Shown here: positions 10,627 through 19,432 of the stretch, piece by piece | Layout of the letters: every line of letters starts with the position of its first letter | Numbering within the stretch: the first letter of the stretch is position 1 | DNA from: Bacteroidales bacterium | GTDB lineage: Bacteria; Bacteroidota; Bacteroidia; Bacteroidales; WCHB1-69 | Length of the DNA: 64,000 nucleotides | Assembly (NCBI GenBank): GCA_045600905.1 | Contig: JAZRYT010000134.1 | Span: 2,930 to 66,929, forward strand | Direction of reading: 5' to 3' | Position numbers and translations under genes: made by a program | Notes under the pieces: generated by a model | Database searches by the model: none | What the model saw: only the letters and a program-made list of their open reading frames with translations | Told to the model about the DNA's origin: nothing

Positions 10627-12150
10627 ATGAAAAAGAATTTATTAGCTATCAGTCTTATTTTCGCATTGTGTACCACTGCTTTCGCTCAAGAGGTACAAAC
10701 CGAAAATAATAATGACAACGCTACTGTTAATACAGAAAACGTTGAATCTTCCTCGTTCTGCCCTCACCGTATTAAACTTTATATGGGTGCAGGTTTTACA
10801 AATAATATTTATAAAAGAATCGATCTTAAACAATATTATTCCCAGAGCGAACTCCTCTCTTTACATTATGCTTATTTCTTCAACGAACATTGGGGATTGA
10901 GCCTTGGTGCTGAATTGAATCATCTTGGTGCTAAAGCTGAATTCGCAGGTAATGGTGTAATCCCTCAATATGCAGATGCTTTTTTCAATAATGACGTTAC
11001 TTACTATGATCTCTATTATAGAGCTAACGGCCTTAAAGAAAGACAATCTATTTGGGCAATCAATGTTCCTTTGCAAGCTCAATTCGAATGGAAATTCGAT
11101 GGCCGCAATGGTATCTATGCCGGTTTGGGCGTTTATGGTTATTTCCCATTCGTAAAAGGTAAAAACATCTATAAAGGGGAAGGTGAAATCACTATCGCTG
11201 GCGTAGAAGAACCCGTTGGTCAAGATTATAACTATGATTATGATATGACTAACCACTTCCCGACTACCAATTATGAAGGTCAAGACCGTAGAACAAAACT
11301 CAGATGCTCTTTCGGCGCTGAAGCTGATTTCGGCGGTGTTTTCCAAATTAGCCGTATTGCTGATTTTTACATCGGTGCTTTCTGCAAATTCAATTTCTTG
11401 GATATCCTTCCTAAAGAAAAAGTTGCTGTCTTCGCTAATGATGAAAATGGTGTTCCTACCTTCAATGGTACGCTTGGTTCTAACATTCTTGAATCCTATA
11501 AGAATGATGCAGCCAACCATTTCCTCTCTCAAAATGATTATAGCAATATCCGCACAAAGTGGGACCAACTTCAAGTTGGTATCAAACTCGGCTTCCACAT
11601 GAGAGCTTGTGCTAACCCTGCTGAAAAATCTAAGAAACAACTTGAGAAAGAAATTCTTGATGAACTTAAGAAGAAATCCAACGAGCCTATCATTATCAAA
11701 CAAGATCCTCAATATATCTACATTGTTCCTGTTTGCGATCAATTGGATAACGATGATGAAGACCTTACTGATGCCGATAGAGCCGCTATCAAAGAATTGT
11801 CAGACGTTTTGTCTAAGACCAAAATCTTATTTGACTTAGATAAAGATATTCCTAAGATTTCAGATTATAATGATAATATTAATCGTACTGTGGAAATCTT
11901 GAAAAAGAACCCGTCTTTGAAACTCATCGTTGAAGGTTATACCTGTGACCTCGGTTCAGAACAACATAACCGTGACCTCGCTCAAAGACGTGCTAACGCT
12001 GTTAGAGATCTCTTTATCCAAAAGGGCGTAAGTTCTTATCAGATTGAAACCGCTACTTACACAGTTAACGATCCTCAAAACAGACAAAACATCCAGGATC
12101 CTAGCCGTGAAGAACATCGCGCTGCTATCTTTAGAATCGTCAAAAGATAA
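10627..12150 (+). CDS. OmpA-family outer-membrane protein: N-terminal beta-barrel-like region plus C-terminal OmpA_C peptidoglycan-binding domain
   Basis: Signal peptide MKKNLLAISLIFALCTTAFAQ. About 330 aa follow with Gly/aromatic-rich alternating strands. C-terminal motif LIVEGYTCDLGSEQHNRDLAQRRANAVRDLFIQKGV. Confidence 0.8.
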   Translation: MKKNLLAISLIFALCTTAFAQEVQTENNNDNATVNTENVESSSFCPHRIKLYMGAGFTNNIYKRIDLKQYYSQSELLSLHYAYFFNEHWGLSLGAELNHLGAKAEFAGNGVIPQYADAFFNNDVTYYDLYYRANGLKERQSIWAINVPLQAQFEWKFDGRNGIYAGLGVYGYFPFVKGKNIYKGEGEITIAGVEEPVGQDYNYDYDMTNHFPTTNYEGQDRRTKLRCSFGAEADFGGVFQISRIADFYIGAFCKFNFLDILPKEKVAVFANDENGVPTFNGTLGSNILESYKNDAANHFLSQNDYSNIRTKWDQLQVGIKLGFHMRACANPAEKSKKQLEKEILDELKKKSNEPIIIKQDPQYIYIVPVCDQLDNDDEDLTDADRAAIKELSDVLSKTKILFDLDKDIPKISDYNDNINRTVEILKKNPSLKLIVEGYTCDLGSEQHNRDLAQRRANAVRDLFIQKGVSSYQIETATYTVNDPQNRQNIQDPSREEHRAAIFRIVKR

Positions 12151-12174
12151 TTATTACTATTCTCGTTCAGAAAA

Positions 12175-12200
12175 GGGTCGCTTTTAGCGGCCCTTTTTTT
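12175..12200 (+). terminator. Rho-independent terminator after the OmpA-family gene
   Basis: gggtcgc (12175-81) / tttta loop / gcggccc (12187-93), with one G-U pair, followed by ttttttt (12194-12200). Confidence 0.7.
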
Positions 12201-12225
12201 GTTCTGTTTCATTCTTCTTTTTGTG

Positions 12226-12233
12226 TATGTTTG
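12226..12233 (+). promoter_or_regulatory. Bacteroidota -7 promoter box (TAnnTTTG)
   Basis: tatgtttg lies 18 nt upstream of the ATG at 12251, with a TTTG about 25 nt further upstream. It sits directly after the terminator. Confidence 0.45.
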
Positions 12234-12250
12234 CGCCTCTTTTTTTGCGT

Positions 12251-15200
12251 ATGAGATATATCTTGTTTTTTTTATTTATTGTTTTTTTCTCTTTTCACGG
12301 TTTTGCTTCCAAACCGCACGACACCCTTTCGGTTTCCTCTGCTCAGTTTATTCCTAATTTAGGACAGTGGAATGGCAATTTTTTGTATAAAACTCCCCTT
12401 TCCGCCGGCGCTGTTTTTTATGATTCTCTAGGCTTTGTTTTCTCCTTCCTTGATCCGGTCGCTTTGGAACATCTTCACGAGTCTAAATATAATGGTGAGT
12501 CTAACGCGGATTTTAATATTAAAGCTGCTGCCTATAGAGTTACTTTCCCGGGTTGTAATCATTCTTCTTTTTATCGTCCTTCAGGAACAGCCTATCCCTA
12601 TTATTTTAATTATTTCACATCCCATAATCCCGACTCTTGGCGCTCTGATGTTCCTGTCTATCCCGCCATTACTCGTCCTTCTTTATACGACGGTGTTGAT
12701 TTGAATGTTTATCAATATGGCGATTTTTTGAAATATGATTTCGTCGTTTCTCCGAATGCTGATCCTTCTTGCATTCAAATGTATTATGAAGGAGTTAACT
12801 CTCTTTCTTTAAAATCTAATAATCTTGTCGTTGATAATGGCATTTCTTGTGTTCTGGAATTAGCACCTGTTGCTTATCAGATTAACGATGCCGGTGATAC
12901 TTTATACGTTCCTTGCGCTTATTCTTTAGATAAAAATAGAGTTTCCTTTAAGTTGGGTGCGTACGATAAACATCGTACTTTGGTGATTGACCCTTCCGTC
13001 GTTTTTTCCTCTTACAGTGGCTCCGTAGCGGATAATTGGGGCTATACGGCAACTTACGATTCATATGGCAACCTTTACGGTGGTGGTATTGCCTTCGGGG
13101 TTGGCTATCCTGTTTCTTTTGGCGTTTTTCAAACTGATTTTTGTAATGGCTCAGGCTCTATGTTGACGGACGTTGCTATCAGCAAGTTCGATGCTACTGG
13201 CTCAACGCTTTATTATTCTACATATTTGGGCGGCTCTTTTGTGGACATACCTCATAGCCTGTACGTAAATGACAATGATGAATTATTTGTCTTTGGTACT
13301 ACCGGTTCTCCTGATTTTCCTGTTACTCCTAATGCGTTTGATACCTCCTTTAATTATGGAAGCCCTGTTACCCTTTCTACTTCGTTGTCTTTCCCTCAAG
13401 GCTCTGACATCTTTGTTACCAAATTTAGTGAGGATGCACGGCAGTTGTTAGGCTCTACTTTTATTGGTGGCACCAGCAATGACGGTATCAATGTGGCACA
13501 ACTCCTGCGGAAGAATTATGCCGATGACAATAGGGGAGAAATCCTGGTTGATGAAAACAGTAATGTGTATGTGGTTTCTTCTACCTATTCGCCGGATTTC
13601 CCTGTTACTCCACACGCTTATGACACCTCTTTTTGCGGTGGCCAAGATATATGCGTCTTTAAGATGAGTCAAGACTTGTCTCAACTTATTTGGAGTACAT
13701 TTTTGGGCGGTACTCAAAATGATGCCGGTTATAGTATGTCGCTTGGCCCAGATAATAGTGTGTATATTTGTGGCGGAACTATTTCAGAGGATTATCCTGT
13801 CGTGCAACCTGCTTTACAACCTGTTTTTGCTGGTGGTGTGGATGGTGTGGTGTCACATTTGTCTGTTAATGGCGATCAATTGCTGCATAGTACTTATTTT
13901 GGAAAATCCGGCTATGATCAGGCTTACCTTATTAAAGGAGACAGAAATGGCGTGCCGCATGTGTTGGGTCAGTCTGACGCGGAAGGCAATGGATGGATTT
14001 CTAATGCTCAGTATGCAATCCCGAATGGTGGTCAGTTTTTATCTAAGTTGTCTGTAGGTTTGGATTCTGTGATTTGGTCAACCGCTTTTGGAACAGGGAA
14101 TGGCGGCCCCGATATTTCGCCTACGGCCCTTATGGTGGATTATTGCAATAATATTTATATGTCCGGTTGGGGCTCGCATCAGCTCAATGGTTTTGGCGGT
14201 ACTACGGGATTGCCTGTTACCAACGATGCTTTCCAAACCACTACCGATGGTAGTGACTATTATTTCCTAAGTTTGAGTGATGATGCCTCTCAATTGGTGT
14301 ATGCCACTTATTTTGGCGGGGCCGCTTCTTCGGCACGAGAACACGTAGATGGCGGTACCAGCCGCTTTGACCGTAAAGGCCGTATCTATCAGGCTGTCTG
14401 CGCGGGCTGTGGCGGCCAAAGCTCGTTCCCAACTACCCCTGGCGCGTACGCTACGTCCAACGGCAGTTCGAATTGCAATTTGGGCGTGATAAAAATGGAT
14501 TTCTCGCTGCCTGTGGTCGTGGCCGATTTCCATTTGCCGACATCGCTCTGCGCCCCGGACACGGTGTTCTTCCAAAATTTTTCACAGTCGGTCGGGAATA
14601 ACACTTCCTACTATTGGAACTTTGGCGATGGAACAACTTCCACCGAACCCGCTCCGGCGCATTTTTATGCCCATTCCGGCTACTATCAGATTTCGTTGGT
14701 GGTAAGGGACAATGGGAGCTGCAATTTGTCCGATACGCTCGTAAAACATTTGCTCGTTTTGGCCAATGCTACAGATACCCTGTCTCCCGTTACCGTTTGC
14801 TGGGGCGATTTCGTACAAATTGGTCTTCCTCCCTCCAATGAAGTGACGTATCAGTGGTCTCCTTCGGAATCCTTGAGTAATCCCGCACTGTCCAATCCAT
14901 ACGCGACTCCTGACCAATCTTTGATGTATAGACTAATCGCCTCCTCTGAATCTTGCGTGGATACGATTTACCAATATGTGCAAGTCGATACCTTAGACGT
15001 CTCGTTGTCACCAGACACTGTCATTTGCCAAGGAACCGCCGTTTCATTGTCTGTGACTGTCCCTGCTAATTGCCAATCGATTGAGTGGGCCGCCAATCCC
15101 AATTTCACATCTGTATTTTCCAGACAGTCGTCGATAGAGGTTCAACCTGATGTCCCTACTACATATTATGTGCGGGTCGTTCGAGGTGTTTGTACGTTTG

Positions 15201-16000
15201 TCGGCTCCGTAACGGTCTCGCTCTCTGAAATCGAAGTCGTCCCATTGCCAGAGGTCTTGATTTGTTTTGAAGACAGTGTTCAGTTGTCGGCCACACACAC
15301 AGAAGATGGTCCGGTGTCCTATTATTGGGCTTTGGGCGACGGCTCATCGTATCACATACCCAATCCCTGGGTGTCTCCAGACCAGTCCACTTCCTATTCT
15401 GTCACAGTCACTAACCAATATGGCTGCTCGAATAGTGCTACCGGAAATATCATTAAAAGGACGGAAACTTTCCCAACACCGTTCTCGGCCTGGTGTGACG
15501 TCTGCGAAATCGTTCAGGCGCATAGTACAACTGTTTTCTCAACCGATTATGGTTCAGGGTATCATTACCAGTGGACTCCCACACAAGATATGGACTCGCC
15601 CAATAGCCCGACATCGATTGTCCATCCGATGGAATCAACGGAGTATTTGGTCTCTGTTACGGATACTTTTGGCTGTACATTGACTGATACGGTGAAAATC
15701 GAAGTTGATGAACTGACCTGCGATGAACCGTATATCTTCGTGCCCAATGCCTTTTCTCCGAATGGAGACGGTAAAAATGACGTGCTTTATGTGCGTAGCG
15801 AAATCTTGCAGGATTTCTATTTCGCAGTGTATAGCCGTTGGGGAGAAAAAGTATTCGAATGCTCCAATTTGGAAATGGGTTGGGATGGAACCTATAAGGG
15901 CAAACCCTGCCAAAACGGAGTGTATGATTATTACTTTAGTGGTACCTGCGTGGGTGGAAAAACCAAGGAACTGAAAGGGAATGTAATGCTCGTCCGATAA
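12251..16000 (+). CDS. Secreted beta-propeller (SBBP-repeat) / PKD / Ig-like protein with T9SS type-B (gliding-motility-associated) C-terminal domain
   Basis: The ORF-track start 12221 is TTG. The ATG at 12251 gives signal peptide MRYILFFLFIVFFSFHGFAS and fits the promoter box. Repeated G-T-T-x-S-x-D-F-P-V-T-P-x-A-[FY]-D segments are SBBP-like. PKD-like YWNFGDGTTSTEPAPAHFYAHSGYYQISLVVRD. C-terminus FVPNAFSPNGDGKNDVLYVRS...YSRWGEKVFE...GWDGTYKGKPCQNGVYDYY matches the type-B CTD pattern. Confidence 0.85.
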   Translation: MRYILFFLFIVFFSFHGFASKPHDTLSVSSAQFIPNLGQWNGNFLYKTPLSAGAVFYDSLGFVFSFLDPVALEHLHESKYNGESNADFNIKAAAYRVTFPGCNHSSFYRPSGTAYPYYFNYFTSHNPDSWRSDVPVYPAITRPSLYDGVDLNVYQYGDFLKYDFVVSPNADPSCIQMYYEGVNSLSLKSNNLVVDNGISCVLELAPVAYQINDAGDTLYVPCAYSLDKNRVSFKLGAYDKHRTLVIDPSVVFSSYSGSVADNWGYTATYDSYGNLYGGGIAFGVGYPVSFGVFQTDFCNGSGSMLTDVAISKFDATGSTLYYSTYLGGSFVDIPHSLYVNDNDELFVFGTTGSPDFPVTPNAFDTSFNYGSPVTLSTSLSFPQGSDIFVTKFSEDARQLLGSTFIGGTSNDGINVAQLLRKNYADDNRGEILVDENSNVYVVSSTYSPDFPVTPHAYDTSFCGGQDICVFKMSQDLSQLIWSTFLGGTQNDAGYSMSLGPDNSVYICGGTISEDYPVVQPALQPVFAGGVDGVVSHLSVNGDQLLHSTYFGKSGYDQAYLIKGDRNGVPHVLGQSDAEGNGWISNAQYAIPNGGQFLSKLSVGLDSVIWSTAFGTGNGGPDISPTALMVDYCNNIYMSGWGSHQLNGFGGTTGLPVTNDAFQTTTDGSDYYFLSLSDDASQLVYATYFGGAASSAREHVDGGTSRFDRKGRIYQAVCAGCGGQSSFPTTPGAYATSNGSSNCNLGVIKMDFSLPVVVADFHLPTSLCAPDTVFFQNFSQSVGNNTSYYWNFGDGTTSTEPAPAHFYAHSGYYQISLVVRDNGSCNLSDTLVKHLLVLANATDTLSPVTVCWGDFVQIGLPPSNEVTYQWSPSESLSNPALSNPYATPDQSLMYRLIASSESCVDTIYQYVQVDTLDVSLSPDTVICQGTAVSLSVTVPANCQSIEWAANPNFTSVFSRQSSIEVQPDVPTTYYVRVVRGVCTFVGSVTVSLSEIEVVPLPEVLICFEDSVQLSATHTEDGPVSYYWALGDGSSYHIPNPWVSPDQSTSYSVTVTNQYGCSNSATGNIIKRTETFPTPFSAWCDVCEIVQAHSTTVFSTDYGSGYHYQWTPTQDMDSPNSPTSIVHPMESTEYLVSVTDTFGCTLTDTVKIEVDELTCDEPYIFVPNAFSPNGDGKNDVLYVRSEILQDFYFAVYSRWGEKVFECSNLEMGWDGTYKGKPCQNGVYDYYFSGTCVGGKTKELKGNVMLVR

Positions 16001-16133
16001 AGATCTGTAAGATGTTTTTTGACAAATTATAATGGATAGGAAAGAAACGTTTTTCGATAAAAAGTTTTTTCTATTCCAATGACAAAAATTCAATAAATTA
16101 TTGATATTTGCGCCGTTTTTTTCAATTCTAAAA

Positions 16134-17288
16134 ATGAATACGGAAGTATCTGAAAATCAAAAAGGAAAGTCCTTTTGGAAGGCATGGAAGACACTGAAGG
16201 TGCGCTCCAAAATCTATCAAATCTTTGTACATCTTTTTGCGTTGGCAGGAGGCGCCATCATAGGTGCTTGGGGCGTGTATCAACTCGGCTTGACCAACAA
16301 CAAGGGTGGCGTAGATGAAAATAACCGTTATTTGGCTGATTATAAGACGGAAACGAAATTGACGGACTCAGCCAAAATCTTTGAGGAAAATATTCTGAAC
16401 TATTTGAATTTAGCTGCCATCAGCAAAATCTATCCGACCAACGCACATTTGATTCTGGATGCCAGCCGATATAGTGACCGTCCTGACGGCATCAATCAGA
16501 TGATTTATGCGGCCAATATGTATTTGCAGGACGACGAACGCGGCCAGCAATACCAGCAAATGGTGAAGGAACTCAAAGCTGTTTTGGATAAATATCCGTC
16601 ATCCAAAAATAAGGACCATTTGATCCCCTGGATGAACGAAGAAGCTTGGCCTTCCTTGAAAATTGCCATCGTCAAAGATAAGGAATTGATTGAGGAAGCG
16701 GCACGCCTTTCTGGCGTGGAACCTCGTCTGATTGTAGGCTGCTTGGTCGGTGAACAAATTCGTCTTTTCAATTCCAAACGCGAAAAATACAAACAGTATC
16801 TCGGCCCGGTGAAGGTCCTATCCGTGCAATCTCAATTTTCCTTCGGCGTAAACGGCATCAAGGATTTCACGGCCCAACAGGTGGAAAACAACCTAAAGGA
16901 TTCCACTTCCGTTTTCTATATGGGTAAACAATACGAACATATCCTGGATTTCAAAACCGCCGACCATCAGAGCGAACGCTATAACCGATTGACGGATTAC
17001 CATAACCACCTTTACTCCTACATCTACACGGGCTGTATTCTGCACCAGACGATGTTGCAGTGGAAACGTGCCGGTTATGATATCTCCAATCGCCCCGATA
17101 TCCTGTTCACACTTTTCAATTTGGGATTCGCCGCTTCCAAACCGGGCCCGGATCCTAAATGTGGTGGCTCCCATATCGAAGCAAATGGCCAAATCTATAC
17201 TTTTGGTGTGATAGGCAACGACTTCTATTACTCTGGCGAATTGGCCAAAGAATTTCCGTTACACGCACACTCATTTGCCAATGAATAA
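16134..17288 (+). CDS. Hypothetical membrane-anchored protein
   Basis: ATG at 16134 (ORF-track start 16101 is TTG). One TM helix (IYQIFVHLFALAGGAIIGAWGVYQLG) precedes a ~330-aa soluble domain with no motif I recognise. The stop overlaps the next gene's start (atgaataa). Confidence 0.5.
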   Translation: MNTEVSENQKGKSFWKAWKTLKVRSKIYQIFVHLFALAGGAIIGAWGVYQLGLTNNKGGVDENNRYLADYKTETKLTDSAKIFEENILNYLNLAAISKIYPTNAHLILDASRYSDRPDGINQMIYAANMYLQDDERGQQYQQMVKELKAVLDKYPSSKNKDHLIPWMNEEAWPSLKIAIVKDKELIEEAARLSGVEPRLIVGCLVGEQIRLFNSKREKYKQYLGPVKVLSVQSQFSFGVNGIKDFTAQQVENNLKDSTSVFYMGKQYEHILDFKTADHQSERYNRLTDYHNHLYSYIYTGCILHQTMLQWKRAGYDISNRPDILFTLFNLGFAASKPGPDPKCGGSHIEANGQIYTFGVIGNDFYYSGELAKEFPLHAHSFANE

Positions 17289-19107
17289 AATAGAACTGCT
17301 CGTCCCAGCAAAGAATTTGGCTTACGGACAAACAGCCATCAATCACGGCGCCGATGCGCTCTATATCGGTGCTCCTATGTACGGCGCGCGTCAGGCTGCC
17401 GGCAATTCCGTCCAAGACTTGGAACAACTCGTCCGCTATGCCCATCTGTACGGGTCCAAAGTCTATGTCACCCTCAACACACTGCTCTATGATGATGAGT
17501 TGGAGGATGCCCGCCGACTGATTCAGCAATTGTATGAGATGGGTGCAGATGCGCTCATCATTCAGGATTTGGGATTGCTGAAGTTGGATTTGCCGCCCAT
17601 CCGCTTTCACGCCAGTACCCAATGCCATAATGATTCTTTGGAAAGAATCCTCTTTATGGAAAAGTTGGGTATGAAACGCGCCATCCTCGCGCGCGAAATG
17701 GATGTGGAAACGATGAAGTCCATCCATCAGAACAGCTCCATAGAGTTGGAAACTTTTATTCACGGCGCACTTTGCGTCTGTTACAGCGGACAATGCTATA
17801 TGAGCCGGATGACTACCGGACGAAGCGGCAATAGGGGAGAGTGCGCGCAAATCTGCCGCACCACTTTCGATCTTGTTGATGCCAAAGGGAAAACACTGAT
17901 GCACGACAAACATCTGCTCTCATTGCGCGATATGAACCGCTCCAAGTATCTGCGCGACATTATCGATGCGGGTGTCGTCTCTCTCAAAATTGAAGGCCGT
18001 CTGAAAGACGAGAATTATGTGAAAAACATAACCTCATACTATCGCCGCACGCTGGATGAGATTTTGGAAAAAGATGGCGAATATGCCGCATCGGGAAGTG
18101 GCAAAACCACCATTCTATTCAATCCTGATCCCACCAAGACCTTCAACCGCGGTTTTACTCCCTATTTTATAGACGGCAAACGCGAGAGAATAGCCTCTTT
18201 TGAAACCCCGAAAGCGATGGGCAAACGCATCGGACAACTCCGCCAGGACAAAGCAGGAAAGATTTTCTATGCGGGAACTGAGCAGATTGTCAATGGTGAT
18301 GGCTTGTGCTTTATCAACAATGACGGCGATTTGGAAGGCTTCTTGGTTAACAAAGTGGAGCGCGATAGGATTTTCCCCCATAAGCCCATATCTTCCTTCC
18401 GTCAGGTGGATGTCTATAGAAACGTGGATAAGCAATTTGAAAAATCGTTGTCCGACAAAACTGCTGACAGACGTATGTTTGTGGATATGTGTTTCAAAGA
18501 AACGAAAAACGGCTTTGTTTTGCAATTGAAAGATGAGGACGGGTGCGAAGTCGAATCGCTCGTCGAAACAGCGAAAATTGCCGCCGAAAAGCCCGAAATG
18601 GCGGACAAACAGTTGCGCACATCTTTGACCAAGTTGGGAAATACGCCTTTCGAACTCCGCAAACTCATAGTGGAGTCGTTGCCCTACTTCCTGCAAAGCT
18701 CCGTGATAAACAAACTGCGCAATGACGCGGTGGAATTGCTGAAAGCGGAAAGAATCCGACATTTCCATCCGGAAGATACGGAATTGAACTATCAGCCGTC
18801 CCAGGTTTTTGAAAGTGCATCTTATAAGAGAAATATCACGAACGAGCTTCATCGGGCTGTTTATGAGGAATTCAGCGCGAAGGAAATCGAATATGGATTG
18901 GATAAGACGTTGGATTTCAAGGATAAGGAATTGATGGTCTGCAAATATTGCCTCCGCTACGAATTGGGCATTTGCAGTAAGCAGACAAAACATCCCGACG
19001 TTCGCTTCCCGCTGTATTTGAAAGATGAGAAGAATCGCTTCCGTCTTGATTTTGATTGTAAGAACTGCGTGATGAAAATAGGGAACATGGGATTAGGTAA
19101 TAGGTGA
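17281..19107 (+). CDS. Peptidase U32 family protein (long form with C-terminal extension)
   Basis: MNKIELLVPAKNLAYGQTAINHGADALYIGAP start (ORF-track 17275 is TTG). LETFIHGALCVCYSGQCYMS motif typical of U32. The last codons (GLGNR-TGA-TAG) are formed by the heptamer array. Confidence 0.85.
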   Translation: MNKIELLVPAKNLAYGQTAINHGADALYIGAPMYGARQAAGNSVQDLEQLVRYAHLYGSKVYVTLNTLLYDDELEDARRLIQQLYEMGADALIIQDLGLLKLDLPPIRFHASTQCHNDSLERILFMEKLGMKRAILAREMDVETMKSIHQNSSIELETFIHGALCVCYSGQCYMSRMTTGRSGNRGECAQICRTTFDLVDAKGKTLMHDKHLLSLRDMNRSKYLRDIIDAGVVSLKIEGRLKDENYVKNITSYYRRTLDEILEKDGEYAASGSGKTTILFNPDPTKTFNRGFTPYFIDGKRERIASFETPKAMGKRIGQLRQDKAGKIFYAGTEQIVNGDGLCFINNDGDLEGFLVNKVERDRIFPHKPISSFRQVDVYRNVDKQFEKSLSDKTADRRMFVDMCFKETKNGFVLQLKDEDGCEVESLVETAKIAAEKPEMADKQLRTSLTKLGNTPFELRKLIVESLPYFLQSSVINKLRNDAVELLKAERIRHFHPEDTELNYQPSQVFESASYKRNITNELHRAVYEEFSAKEIEYGLDKTLDFKDKELMVCKYCLRYELGICSKQTKHPDVRFPLYLKDEKNRFRLDFDCKNCVMKIGNMGLGNR

Positions 19108-19181
19108 TAGGTAATAGGTAATAGGTAATAGGTAATAGGTGATAGGTGATAGGTAATAGGTAATGGGGATTAGGTAATATC
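19091..19181 (+). repeat. Period-7 tandem array, 13 units (GATTAGG/TAATAGG/TGATAGG)
   Basis: gattagg taatagg tgatagg taatagg x4 tgatagg x2 taatagg taatggg gattagg taatatc. The array contains the U32 stop TGA (19105-07) and an immediately following TAG. Confidence 0.95.
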
Positions 19182-19194
19182 AAACTACGACGTT

Positions 19195-19251
19195 GAACCC
19201 TGGAAGGGTTCCATCGTTAGCCCCGTATAAGCGCGAAGCGCTAATGCGGGG
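19195..19251 (+). other. Two adjacent stable hairpins of unknown role
   Basis: gaaccct-gga-agggttc (19195-19211). ccccgtataagcgc-gaa-gcgctaatgcgggg (19221-19251; 8+5 bp stem with one G-U pair and one A/A mismatch). No T-run follows. Confidence 0.4.
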
Positions 19252-19400
19252 ATGTTATACGCGGATATTATACGGGAATAATACGCGGAATAATACGCGG
19301 ATATTATACGGGAATAATACGCGAGGATAATACGCGGATGTTACACGGGAATAATACGCGGGATATTATACGGGAATAATACGCGCGAATATTATACGGG
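19251..19400 (+). repeat. Tandem array of ~12 units of 12-13 bp (consensus roughly GRATAWTAYACGSG)
   Basis: gatgttatacgcg gatattatacggg aataatacgcg gaataatacgcg gatattatacggg aataatacgcg aggataatacgcg gatgttacacggg aataatacgcg ggatattatacggg aataatacgcg cgaatattatacggg. The array ends 33 nt before the fucosidase ATG. Confidence 0.9.
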
Positions 19401-19432
19401 AGCGAGAAATAATGAATAAAAAATGATTGCCG

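Noticed and set aside
19091-19400. CRISPR array
   Set aside because: The units are 7 or 12-13 bp and directly abutting, with no unique spacers. No cas genes lie in the window.
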